Assembly: GCA_964506575.1 (NCBI GenBank)
Contig: CAZDLY010000005.1
Location: 5,131-69,130 of the forward strand
From: an uncultured Akkermansia sp.
GTDB taxonomy: Bacteria; Verrucomicrobiota; Kiritimatiellia; RFP12; JAAYNR01
DNA length: 64,000 bases
Direction: 5' to 3'
The notes beneath the pieces were generated by a model. It was not told the origin of the DNA. It saw only the letters and a program-made list of their open reading frames with translations, and searched no databases. The stretch's first letter is position 1, and every line of letters begins with the position of its first letter. A program made the translations under genes and the position numbers. Positions 35,049 to 43,780 of the stretch are shown here, in pieces.

Positions 35049-35093
35049 TTCCATCCGGCAGCAGGCCGGCGGCCCGACTGAACGCTGAACCCT
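35049..35093 (+). repeat. Repeat module A: 25-nt core ttccatccggcagcaggccggcggc followed by ctgaacgctgaaccc
   Basis: The core matches 54281-54305 at 23 of 25 positions. Both copies are preceded by ctcaNNNNNgt and followed by a CTGAACC-type periodic tail. Confidence 0.8.
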
Positions 35094-35097
35094 TCCG

Positions 35098-35778
35098 ATG
35101 AGAAAGCGCGCACGCATAAAAATAACGTCCGCTAATTCGCTTGACGGCCCGCCCGATAAAGGGCATCATGGCCGCACTCCTGAAGAAAAGCGGTTTGCCG
35201 TCACCGGCGGAATCGCCTGTGGCAAGAGTGCTTTCTCCCGTTTTCTGGCTGATTCGGGGTGCGAGGTGCTGGACGCGGATGATGTGGTTCACCGTCTTGA
35301 ATCTCCCGGCGGCCGTGCGGTTCCATTGCTTGCGGAGGCGTTTGGTCCCGCCGTGTGCGCGGCGGACGGCGGGATCCGTCGGGATGTGCTCGGTCGTCTT
35401 GTTTTTTCCGATGCTGTCGCACGGGAACGGCTGAATGGCATCATCCACCCGCTGGTTCGGGCTGAACTGGATGGCTGGTTACGGCGCCCGAAGACAGGCA
35501 AGCTCCGTTTTGCGGTGATTCCCCTGCTGTTCGAAGCCGGCTGGCGGGATCACTTTGACTGCGTGGTCTGCCTGGCCTGCAGCGTGGCCACGCAGACGGG
35601 GCGGTTGCTCAGCCGGGGACTCACGGAAAAAGAGGCCGCGCTGCGCATCGGTGCGCAAATGCCGGTTGGAGAGAAAGCGCGTCTTTCAGACCGTGTGGTC
35701 TGGAATGACGGATCGTTGGAAGCGTTGAGGCGCGAGGCGGATGTTCTGGTTCGCGACCTTTCGGAGAGTGGTGCATGA
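35098..35778 (+). CDS. coaE: Dephospho-CoA kinase
   Basis: ..[14 protein letters not shown].. P-loop, ..VLDADDVVH.., ..IIHPLVR.., ..AVIPLLFE... It has a ~30-aa basic N-terminal extension, because no alternative start lies closer to the P-loop. Confidence 0.8.
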   Translation: MRKRARIKITSANSLDGPPDKGHHGRTPEEKRFAVTGGIACGKSAFSRFLADSGCEVLDADDVVHRLESPGGRAVPLLAEAFGPAVCAADGGIRRDVLGRLVFSDAVARERLNGIIHPLVRAELDGWLRRPKTGKLRFAVIPLLFEAGWRDHFDCVVCLACSVATQTGRLLSRGLTEKEAALRIGAQMPVGEKARLSDRVVWNDGSLEALRREADVLVRDLSESGA

Positions 35779-37406
35779 GCGAAGAACAGCAGAAAGAATC
35801 GGCCGGCGGACCGTCGGCGGACACGGGAGACCAGGCGCCGCGTGAGACCCGGCCGGGGGATCGCGCCGCAAGGACGGCGGGCGGCGAAGCGCCCGGCGCA
35901 AACGATGGCGCGCCTGCGGGATCAGAGGCGGCAAACGTACGGGATCGGCGCCAGAACCGCTGGGCACGCTTCCGCGACCGTCGTGACCGGCAGCGCGATT
36001 TCCGCCGTCCCGAACGGCCCCCGACGGGTCGCGGCCGCCCGGCTCCTGAGGGACCTGCCGATGCCCCCGCCGCTCCGGAAGGCCCGCGTCCGCCCGCGCC
36101 CCGCCAGCAGCAGCAGGACCCCCCGCCCTCCCAGCCCCGCGAAGAGCTGCCGCCGATCCGGCTCACCGACTTGCAGTCCAAGGAGATGGAAGAGCTGACC
36201 GAGCTGCTGGCGCACCTGCCGCCCGAGGAGACCGGCATCATGCGCAAGCACGAGGCGGTCTACGAGATCATCCGCGGCTACCTCAGGCGCGGCGGATCAG
36301 TCATCGCCCAGGGCACGCTCGAAATCCTTCCCGACGGCTTCGGTTTCCTCCGCTCGCCGAAGAGCAACTACCTCCAGTGCCCGGAGGATGTGTATGTGTC
36401 GCCCACGCAGATCCGGAAATACGGCCTGCGCACCGGCGACCAGATTGAAGGGATCGTCCGCGACCCGAAGGAGAAGGAACGCTTCTTCGCCATGGGGCGC
36501 GTCGATCTGGTCAACGGGAAACCGGCCGCAGAGGCCCGCAAACAGGTTCATTTCGAGTACCTGACCCCCCTCTTCCCCGACCGGCGGATCCATCTGGAGG
36601 TCACGGCGGAAGAGGTGGCGATGCGGGTGATGGACATCTTCACGCCGATCGGCATGGGACAGCGCGGACTCATCGTCGCGCCGCCCCGCACCGGCAAGAC
36701 CGTGCTGCTGCAGAAGATGGCCAACTCGATCTCGGCCAACCATCCCGACGTGGCGCTCTTCATCCTGCTCATCGACGAGCGGCCGGAAGAGGTCACCGAC
36801 ATGCAGCGCAACACCAAGGCGCAGGTGCTCAGCTCGACCTTCGACGAGGCGCCGGAACGCCATGTGCAGGTCGCCGAAATGATGATCGAGGTGGCCAAGC
36901 GCCTGGTCGAATCGGGCAAGGATGTCTGCATCCTGCTGGATTCCATCACCCGCCTCGCCCGCGCGTACAACACGGTGCAGCCGCACAGCGGCAAGATTCT
37001 GTCGGGCGGCGTCGACGCCAATGCCCTGCACAAGCCCAAGCGCTTTTTTGGCGCGGCCCGCAACATCGAGAACGGCGGCAGCCTCACGATCATCGCGACC
37101 GCGCTGGTGGACACCGGCAGCCGGATGGATGACGTGATTTTCGAAGAATTCAAGGGCACGGGCAATATGGAGATCTGCCTGGATCGCGCCATGGTCGACA
37201 AGCGCGTGTTCCCCGCGATCAACATCGAGAAGTCGGGCACCCGCAAGGAGGAGCTGCTGCTCCATCCCGACGAGCTCAGCCGGACGTGGATCTTGCGCCG
37301 CGCCTTGAACGGCGTGCCGCCCGTGGAAGCCATGGAGATGGTCATCAAGCGCCTCAAGAGCGCCAAGAGCAACGCGGAATTCTTAATGAGCATCAAGGAA
37401 GCCTAA
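35775..37406 (+). CDS. rho: Transcription termination factor Rho with a ~130-aa disordered N-terminal extension
   Basis: Core motifs: ..[12 protein letters not shown].. (RNA-binding OB), Walker A PPRTGKT, ..RFFGAARN.., ..GTGNME... The N-terminus is R/P/E/A-rich low complexity. The ATG overlaps the coaE stop (ATGA). Confidence 0.95.
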   Translation: MSEEQQKESAGGPSADTGDQAPRETRPGDRAARTAGGEAPGANDGAPAGSEAANVRDRRQNRWARFRDRRDRQRDFRRPERPPTGRGRPAPEGPADAPAAPEGPRPPAPRQQQQDPPPSQPREELPPIRLTDLQSKEMEELTELLAHLPPEETGIMRKHEAVYEIIRGYLRRGGSVIAQGTLEILPDGFGFLRSPKSNYLQCPEDVYVSPTQIRKYGLRTGDQIEGIVRDPKEKERFFAMGRVDLVNGKPAAEARKQVHFEYLTPLFPDRRIHLEVTAEEVAMRVMDIFTPIGMGQRGLIVAPPRTGKTVLLQKMANSISANHPDVALFILLIDERPEEVTDMQRNTKAQVLSSTFDEAPERHVQVAEMMIEVAKRLVESGKDVCILLDSITRLARAYNTVQPHSGKILSGGVDANALHKPKRFFGAARNIENGGSLTIIATALVDTGSRMDDVIFEEFKGTGNMEICLDRAMVDKRVFPAINIEKSGTRKEELLLHPDELSRTWILRRALNGVPPVEAMEMVIKRLKSAKSNAEFLMSIKEA

Positions 37407-37423
37407 AGGAGAGCCCGACAATC

Positions 37424-38716
37424 ATGAAAGTCGAGATGCAGAATGTGTGTCCCTGCCGTGTGAAACTGATCATCAAGGCCGACGCGGCCGAAACCCATGC
37501 CGATTTCGAGGCGGTGATGGAACGCTACATGCGGGACGGCCGGGTGAAGGGGTTTCGCGCGGGCAAGGCCCCTCGCACCGTGATCGAGCGGGAGTACCGC
37601 CAGGATATCGACGCCGATATCCGCCGGCGGCTGGTCAGCACGTTCAGCCGACGCGCGGTCGAGGAGCACAAGCTGGCCCTCGTGTCGATGGTGGATGCCA
37701 CCGACATCCTCTTCTCGCCCGAGACGGGGATCTCTTTTGTGCTGATCTGCGATGTCGCGCCGGATTTCAAACTGCCGAAATACCTGAATATTCCGGTGAA
37801 GAAGAACGAGCCGGCGGTGGGCGACGCGGAGGTGGACCGGCAGCTCACGCTGATCAGAAATCAGATCTCCAAGTATGAGGATGGCCAGCCGGATGGCGTG
37901 GTCGCGCCGGGCGATGTGACGCGCGTCGACTTCACCGCCGTCAGCAACGGCAAGCCGCTCAAGGACCTGGCGGAAGAGGCGGCCGTGTTCTCCGAAGGCG
38001 TTGGTTTCTGGATGCAGGTGTCCGAGCCCGAAATGATCCCCGGTGTCTCGCTGGCCCTTGCCGGAATGAAGACGGGCGAGGAAAGGACCATCAAGACGCA
38101 ATTCCCGAAGGACTTCCGCGTCGCGGCGCTGCAGGGGGTCAAGGCGGTCTATACGGTCAAGCTGGCCGGCTTCCGCCGGATGATCCCGGCGACCGACGAA
38201 GTGCTGTGCCAACAGCTCGGCGTGGCCGATCTCGGCACCCTGCGCGAGCAGGTCCGGACGCAGATGCAACGGCAGGCGGAGTCGGATGAAAAGAGCCGCC
38301 GCCAGCAGGAAGTGATCGATTACCTGCTGAAGAAGACCGATTTTGAGCTGCCAGAGAGCGAGATAGCCCAGGAAACCAACGTGACGGTGCAGACGATGCT
38401 CCGCGGCATCATCAAGCGCGGGGGCACACGCGAGGATTTGGAGAAGCACCGTGACCAGTTGCTGGCGACGGCGACCAGCACGACCAAAGAACGCCTCCGC
38501 CTGCGTTACATCCTGGCGCGCATCGCCGAGGACGCCAAAATCAAGGTGGCCGACGACGATCTGCAGAAGAAGCTGGATCTGTTTGCGGCGCAACACCAGA
38601 TGACGCCCCGCGAGATGCGCGAACGGATCGAGAAGGGGTACGGCATCGAGACGTTCCGCGCCGATGTGCGCAATGAGCAGACGCTCGAGTTTCTCGTCAA
38701 TTCCGCGAAGGGGTGA
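37424..38716 (+). CDS. tig: Trigger factor
   Basis: 430 aa from ATG 37424. The ribosome-binding N-domain has ..GFRAGKAPRTVIERE.. (GFRxGxxP signature). It sits upstream of clpP-clpX, as in most bacteria. Confidence 0.9.
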   Translation: MKVEMQNVCPCRVKLIIKADAAETHADFEAVMERYMRDGRVKGFRAGKAPRTVIEREYRQDIDADIRRRLVSTFSRRAVEEHKLALVSMVDATDILFSPETGISFVLICDVAPDFKLPKYLNIPVKKNEPAVGDAEVDRQLTLIRNQISKYEDGQPDGVVAPGDVTRVDFTAVSNGKPLKDLAEEAAVFSEGVGFWMQVSEPEMIPGVSLALAGMKTGEERTIKTQFPKDFRVAALQGVKAVYTVKLAGFRRMIPATDEVLCQQLGVADLGTLREQVRTQMQRQAESDEKSRRQQEVIDYLLKKTDFELPESEIAQETNVTVQTMLRGIIKRGGTREDLEKHRDQLLATATSTTKERLRLRYILARIAEDAKIKVADDDLQKKLDLFAAQHQMTPREMRERIEKGYGIETFRADVRNEQTLEFLVNSAKG

Positions 38717-38764
38717 CCGGGCGTCACCCCTTCTTAACCGAGGCAGTGTTGGAGGTCTTTCACC

Positions 38765-39394
38765 ATGTCACAGTCATCCCGGGGATCCATGTTGGTTCCG
38801 ATCGTGGTCGAGCAAACCGCCCGCGGCGAGCGTTCCTACGACATCTTTTCACGGCTGCTCATCGACCGCATCGTGTTTATCGGCACGACGATCGACGACC
38901 AGATGAGCAATCTCATCATCGCCCAGCTGCTGTTTCTGCAGTCGCAGGACGCCGCCAAGGAGATCAAGGTTTACGTCAATTCGCCGGGCGGATCGGTCAC
39001 GGCAGGCCTGGCGATCTATGACACCATGCAGTTTCTCTCGTGCGATGTCAGCACGTATTGCATCGGACAGGCGGCCAGCATGGGCGCGGTCCTGCTGGCG
39101 GCCGGAACGAAGGGCAAGCGCTTCGCCCTCCCCAACGCCCGCATCATGATCCACCAGCCGTGGGGCGGAGCCGAAGGCGCGGCCTCCGACATCAGCATTC
39201 AGGCCAAGGAGATCCTGCGGCTGCGCGACCGGCTGAACGCGATTCTGGCCTTCCACACCGGGAAGGATCTCAACGCCGTCGCCACCGACACCGACCGCGA
39301 CTATTTCCTCTCCGCCTCCGAAGCCAAGGCGTATGGCCTGATTGACGATGTGCTGGCCAAGAAGCCCGCCGACACGCCTGCCGCCGGAAAATAA
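38765..39394 (+). CDS. clpP: ATP-dependent Clp protease proteolytic subunit
   Basis: ..[17 protein letters not shown].., catalytic Ser context GQAASMGA, and His context IMIHQP. Confidence 0.95.
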   Translation: MSQSSRGSMLVPIVVEQTARGERSYDIFSRLLIDRIVFIGTTIDDQMSNLIIAQLLFLQSQDAAKEIKVYVNSPGGSVTAGLAIYDTMQFLSCDVSTYCIGQAASMGAVLLAAGTKGKRFALPNARIMIHQPWGGAEGAASDISIQAKEILRLRDRLNAILAFHTGKDLNAVATDTDRDYFLSASEAKAYGLIDDVLAKKPADTPAAGK

Positions 39395-39417
39395 ACCGCT
39401 AAGAAAAGGTTTGGCAT

Positions 39418-40797
39418 ATGGCTCCCAAGACGCCGAAAGGCAGAAGCCTGAAATGTTCGTTCTGCGGCGCGACCGAGGCGGGCGGCGCGCACATCCTCGC
39501 TGGCCCGGACGGGTTGTGCATCTGCAGTAATTGCGTGATGACCTGCAACCAGGTTCTCTTTCACTCCCCGGACGGCCTGCCGCCCGGGGCCGCCGGACAA
39601 CCGCCGGCCGCCAACCGCCACGCGGCGGGCGCCAAGACTCCGGCCCGGGAGAAGGAGATGGAGAAGGAGACGCCCCGCCAGCCGCTCGTCGTCCCCAATC
39701 CGGTCGAGATCAAAAAGGCGCTCGATCAGTATATCATCGGCCACGACTATGCCAAACGCGCCCTCTCCGTCGCCGTCCATAATCACTACCGGCGTTTGAA
39801 CCAGTCGCCGGCGGGCCAGCCCGACGACGCCTTTGCCGACGTGGAGATCGAGAAGAGCAACATCCTGCTCATCGGCCCGACGGGCTGTGGCAAGACGCTC
39901 TTCGCCCGCACGCTGGCCAAGATGCTTGACGTCCCCTTCGCCATCGCCGACGCCACCACCATCACCGAGGCGGGATATGTCGGCGAGGATGTCGAGAACA
40001 TCCTCCTCTACCTCCTGCAGGCCGCGGATATGGATGTCAAGCGGGCCCAGACCGGGATCGTCTACATCGACGAAATCGACAAGATCGCCCGTAAGACCGA
40101 AAACGTCTCGATCACCCGTGACGTGTCGGGCGAGGGTGTGCAGCAGGCGCTGCTGAAGATCCTGGAGGGGACGACCGCACGCGTGCCTCCGGGTGGCGGC
40201 CGCAAACATCCGCAACAGGAGTATATCTCGATCGACACGCGCAACATCCTGTTCATCTGCGGCGGCACGTTCGTGGGGTTGGACGCGTTCATCCAGGAGC
40301 GCGAGGGCAAGCGGGCCATCGGCTACCATGACCGGAGCGACAAGACCATCATCACCGGGTTGGGCCGGGGCGAGGGCCTCAAGGTCGAGCCGCAGGACCT
40401 GGTTCGCTATGGACTGATCCCCGAGTTTGTCGGCCGCCTGCCGATCATTACCTCGCTCTCCGATCTGACCGAGGATGATCTCGTGCGCATCCTGGTCGAG
40501 CCCCGGAACTGCATGACCAAGCAGTACCGGAAACTGCTGGCGATGGGGGGCGTCGATCTCTCCTTCTCCGACGAGTCGCTGCGCGCCATGGCCAAGCTCT
40601 CCATCAAGCGGAAGACCGGCGCCCGCGGCCTGCGCTCGGTGATGGAGCATCTGATGATGGACATCATGTTTGAGGCTCCGGGAAATCCGCGCTTGAAGCA
40701 GATCCACGTGACCGACACGATGATCCACGCGCAATTCGATAATCCGGGCGCCCTCTTGCAGATGCTCCTCGAAGGCGCGCCGCCGACCGCCGCCTAG
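39418..40797 (+). CDS. clpX: ATP-dependent Clp protease ATP-binding subunit ClpX
   Basis: N-terminal zinc-binding domain CSFCG..CICSNC; Walker A GPTGCGKT; ..IVYIDEIDK..; sensor regions. There is a Pro/Ala-rich insertion of about 40 aa between the ZBD and the AAA+ module. Confidence 0.95.
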   Translation: MAPKTPKGRSLKCSFCGATEAGGAHILAGPDGLCICSNCVMTCNQVLFHSPDGLPPGAAGQPPAANRHAAGAKTPAREKEMEKETPRQPLVVPNPVEIKKALDQYIIGHDYAKRALSVAVHNHYRRLNQSPAGQPDDAFADVEIEKSNILLIGPTGCGKTLFARTLAKMLDVPFAIADATTITEAGYVGEDVENILLYLLQAADMDVKRAQTGIVYIDEIDKIARKTENVSITRDVSGEGVQQALLKILEGTTARVPPGGGRKHPQQEYISIDTRNILFICGGTFVGLDAFIQEREGKRAIGYHDRSDKTIITGLGRGEGLKVEPQDLVRYGLIPEFVGRLPIITSLSDLTEDDLVRILVEPRNCMTKQYRKLLAMGGVDLSFSDESLRAMAKLSIKRKTGARGLRSVMEHLMMDIMFEAPGNPRLKQIHVTDTMIHAQFDNPGALLQMLLEGAPPTAA

Positions 40798-40805
40798 TAG
40801 TAAGC

Positions 40806-41720
40806 ATGTACACCTGCCAGTTCGTGATTGCAGACGCAGATACCGGGATCCGCCTGGATGCGGCGGTGCATGCGCGGTGTCCGGCGAGCACGCGGGCGTT
40901 GATCCGGCGGGCGATCACTTCGGGCGGGGTGACGGTCAACGGCCGGTCGGGCGACAAGGGCGACAAGCTGGCCGCGGGGGACGCGGTAGCCGTCCGACGT
41001 CTGCCTGAAGCGGGTGAGGTGCGTGTCCGCGGCGATGCGACGGTCGCGCTGGACGTGGTCTACGAGGATGCCGCCCTGATTGCGGTGAACAAGCCCGCAG
41101 GCCTGGCGTGCCAGCCGCTGGATCCGGACGAGACGGGGACCGTCGCCAACGGTCTGGTCGCCCGCTATCCCGAGCTTGCGGCCGTCGGCGACGCGCCGCT
41201 GGCGGCGGGCGTGCTCCACCGGCTGGACGGTGGAACATCGGGAGTCGTGCTGGCCGCGCGAACGCCGGATGTCTATGCGGCGATGCGCAGGCAGTTCCGC
41301 GACCGCGCGATCATCAAACGGTATGTGGCGCTGGTCGAAGGCCGTGTGGATGGCCCCGGGCGGCTGACACACGATCTGTCGCACCAACCTGCGTTCCGCG
41401 GCCGGATGGTCGAGGCGGGCGTGGTCGCGCAGCCCGACCGGATCATGCGGGCCGTGACGGAGTACCGGCCTGTGCGGCGGATCGGGACGCGGACGCTGCT
41501 GGAGGTGACGATCCGCACCGGTGTGACCCACCAGATTCGCTGCCAATTGGCCTTGAGCGGGCATCCGGTTGTCGGCGATGTCCGCTATGGCGCAGCGGCC
41601 GTCGCGGGTTTCAACCGTCATTTCCTCCATGCCGAGGCCATCTGCTTCCGCCATCCGCTGACGGGCGACAGGCGCGAAATCACCGCGCCCCTGACCGCCG
41701 ATCTGCAGCCGTTCTTATGA
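40806..41720 (+). CDS. RluA-family pseudouridine synthase (RluD-like)
   Basis: An S4-like N-terminus (..IRRAITSGGVTVNG..), the catalytic motif HRLDGGTSGVVL, and ..RTGVTHQIRCQL... Confidence 0.85.
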   Translation: MYTCQFVIADADTGIRLDAAVHARCPASTRALIRRAITSGGVTVNGRSGDKGDKLAAGDAVAVRRLPEAGEVRVRGDATVALDVVYEDAALIAVNKPAGLACQPLDPDETGTVANGLVARYPELAAVGDAPLAAGVLHRLDGGTSGVVLAARTPDVYAAMRRQFRDRAIIKRYVALVEGRVDGPGRLTHDLSHQPAFRGRMVEAGVVAQPDRIMRAVTEYRPVRRIGTRTLLEVTIRTGVTHQIRCQLALSGHPVVGDVRYGAAAVAGFNRHFLHAEAICFRHPLTGDRREITAPLTADLQPFL

Positions 41721-41779
41721 AAACAAACGCCACGGTGGTGTCACCGTGGCGCGGGTTTGAATCGGTCTCGTCGGCGCCC

Positions 41780-41980
41780 TCAGGTCATGGGGGGCGTGGT
41801 ACGGCGGGAGAACAAGCGCGAACGCGCGCGTGCCGACTTGCGGCGCTGCTTCTCGCAAGGCTTTTCGAAATAGCGGTTGGCGCGGAGTTGCTTCATCAGC
41901 CCCTCCTTGTCCATGATCTTCTTCAGCCGCTTCATTGCGCGCTCGACCGCCTCGCCCTTCTTCAGTTTGATCTGAATCAT
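41780..41980 (-). CDS. rpsU: 30S ribosomal protein S21
   Basis: MIQIKLKKGEAVERAMKRLKKIMDKEGLMKQLRANRYFEKPCEKQRRK.. is the canonical S21 sequence pattern. Confidence 0.9.
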   Translation of the reverse strand: MIQIKLKKGEAVERAMKRLKKIMDKEGLMKQLRANRYFEKPCEKQRRKSARARSRLFSRRTTPPMT

Positions 41981-42087
41981 CCGATCTCACCCCCTCTGCA
42001 ACCCGGGATCATCACGCGTCACAGCACACGACGCGTCGTCCGGTGGGTTGAGGTGGAGAGAATACAGCAAAACGCCTCTATGGCGCA

Positions 42088-42119
42088 ACGCCAAATTTCC
42101 CGCACGCCAAATTTCCCGC
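42088..42119 (+). repeat. Perfect 16-nt tandem duplication (acgccaaatttcccgc x2)
   Basis: 42088-42103 equals 42104-42119. It lies immediately upstream of the FN3 remnant. Confidence 0.9.
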
Positions 42120-42149
42120 AGGGCGTAATCGGTTAGCGTTGGCGCCAAC

Positions 42150-42269
42150 GTGATCACCTTCAGCGAGAACGTCGCCAGCGGCACGTATCTCTACCGCGTG
42201 CGCGCCGTCAACAGCGCGGCGGGCGCGGCATCGGCCTATTCGAACACGGCCAGCGTAACCGTGCGTTGA
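42150..42269 (+). pseudogene. C-terminal ~39-aa remnant of a fibronectin-type-III-domain protein
   Basis: VITFSENVASGTYLYRVRAVNSAAGAASAYSNTASVTVR* shows the terminal Y.YRV.A.N..G.S.YS pattern of FN3 domains with a native stop. There is no upstream coding continuation. Confidence 0.4.
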
Positions 42270-42440
42270 AGGAGGCGGAGGAAACAGGATATCTATGGCT
42301 ACCGACCTTTTCAGCATCTGCTGCAGCCTACATCCTCCGCGCGCCGACGCCCGCGGCCAACGCGACCCGCCGCCCGGAACGGCTTCACCCAACGGCCGCA
42401 CCTGCCGTTGCGGGCAGGATGCGGACCGGGGGACCGGTGA

Positions 42441-42974
42441 TCAGGGCGTGGCCGGCGGGTTCACCGCGCCTGCGCCATCCCGTTTTTCGGCCTTGATCTT
42501 CTCGCGCTCCGCCTTGCGCTCGCCCTTCTGCGTGGCGCGGTGCTCCTGATTTTCCTCTTTCTGCTTGGCGAAATGCGCCTTGATCTGCGCCTTGAGTTGC
42601 TCCGCCGTGGCGTCCGTCTCCCCGATCAGCGTATCGAAGAACTTCATATTTTCCTCGTGCTGCTCGGATCGAAAGGCCACGTTCTCCTGGTATTGCTGCT
42701 CGAAGAACGCGACGATGTCGGTCTTTTCCGCATCCGTCAGTTTCTTGCTATTCGCCAGCCGCTCCTTGAGCTTCGCGATGAAGGCGTCATGACGCTTCTG
42801 CCACTCGGCCATCCTCGCGTCATGCTTGGCGTCGCGAGCCTCTTTCCTCTCGGCGATCCTCTCGGCGCGTTTCGCCCCCTTGTTTGCATTCTCGGCCGGT
42901 TTATCCTCGGCCATTGCCGTCGCGCCAATCAAACACAACACGCCCACCGCCACCATTCCCGCGCAGGTCTTCAT
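42441..42974 (-). CDS. Secreted Lys/Glu-rich helical protein, unknown function
   Basis: 177 aa from ATG 42974. The signal peptide is MKTCAGMVAVGVLCLIGATAMA. The rest is highly charged helical sequence (..AERKEARDAKHDARMAEWQKRHDAF..). Confidence 0.55.
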   Translation of the reverse strand: MKTCAGMVAVGVLCLIGATAMAEDKPAENANKGAKRAERIAERKEARDAKHDARMAEWQKRHDAFIAKLKERLANSKKLTDAEKTDIVAFFEQQYQENVAFRSEQHEENMKFFDTLIGETDATAEQLKAQIKAHFAKQKEENQEHRATQKGERKAEREKIKAEKRDGAGAVNPPATP

Positions 42975-43100
42975 ACTCACGTCTCCCGTTGACATCGGCA
43001 CGTTGAATTGTTTCTGGTCCGGTGCGGGCCGTGCTCAGTCACCCGCACCATGACGCATGGTTTGCTTAACGCGCCGGGCGCTCGGATATTGTATGAGGCG

Positions 43101-43136
43101 CCTGAAAACACCCCGGAGGGGTGGGGTGCAAGAGCC
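43101..43136 (-). repeat. Repeat module C, reverse orientation
   Basis: The reverse complement ggctcttgcaccccacccctccggggtgttttcagg matches 34784-34818. Confidence 0.75.
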
Positions 43137-43160
43137 TGAGCGCATCCCCGTTTCACTGAC

Positions 43161-43448
43161 TTGCGCATGAAATGCAAGGGAGACTGGATCAAGGCGGTCA
43201 AGACGGCAATGAAAGGCACCACGGATCTCCCCGTCTATTCCATTCGGGCGCCCGCCCTCATTCCGGGTGTCGGCTTCTCCGATCACTCCAGCTACTGGCC
43301 TCGCGGCTTCAACGCGCTCATGATCACGGACACCGCCTTTTATCGAAACACAGAGTACCACACGATCAACGATACGGAGGACCGGCTTGACTATGGCCGG
43401 ATGTCCAAGGTCGTTGTGGCTGTGTTTGAGGCGATACGAAACCTATGA
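43161..43448 (+). pseudogene. C-terminal ~90-aa fragment of an M28-family metallopeptidase
   Basis: ..GVGFSDHSSYWPRGFNALMITDTAFYRNTEYHTINDTEDRLDYGRMSKVV.. matches the M28 C-terminal zinc-ligand region (SDH..F...G.PA....DTA..RN..YH...DT...LDY). Only the 3' end and the stop are present. The track 'start' is a TTG. Confidence 0.7.
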
Positions 43449-43510
43449 TCGCAAGGGCGCTTACTTAAGCGATGCTTCCGATCATAATCATAATCCGTTC
43501 TCCACCATGA

Positions 43511-43545
43511 GATTAAGATCAAGATTAGGATTACGATTAAGATGG
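43511..43545 (-). repeat. 6-nt periodic module (GATNNN x6) containing repeat module B in reverse orientation
   Basis: gattaa gatcaa gattag gattac gattaa gatgg. The reverse complement of 43519-43541 matches 34760-34782. Confidence 0.75.
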
Positions 43546-43693
43546 CAAAAGCGCCTTATATGAGCGCCATTACCCTATGATTGGCGAACCGCCGGACACT
43601 GCCGGGGCCAGCGTTTTCTTGTCGCCAGACGGGGGGACATGATAAGCTGGCGGGGTCTGGGGTTCAGAGTTTTGCACGGAATAGCTTCGTTAT

Positions 43694-43723
43694 CTTTCCT
43701 GAACCCTGAACCCCGAACCCTGG
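43694..43723 (+). repeat. CTGAACC-type 7-nt periodic module (tail part of module A)
   Basis: ctttcctgaaccctgaaccccgaaccctgg, compared with ctttcctgaacccctgaaccct at 54305-54326. Confidence 0.7.
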
Positions 43724-43780
43724 TTTTTCAGATCCTGGTGACGGCAAGAGCCTAGAAGAGGATTGAGCGATGGGACGCTT

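Noticed and set aside
34899-35081. 60-aa ORF in the secretin-coaE spacer.
   Set aside because: It is composed entirely of repeat modules, has no RBS, and has implausible composition.
34735-35097. The repeat modules as integron attC sites or gene-cassette boundaries.
   Set aside because: There is no integrase or attI anywhere in the window. The modules lack the R''-L''/L'-R' attC symmetry, and the flanking genes are core housekeeping genes.
41715-41990. 91-aa minus-strand ORF overlapping rpsU in another frame.
   Set aside because: The 66-aa frame gives a canonical S21 sequence. The alternative frame has no recognisable features.
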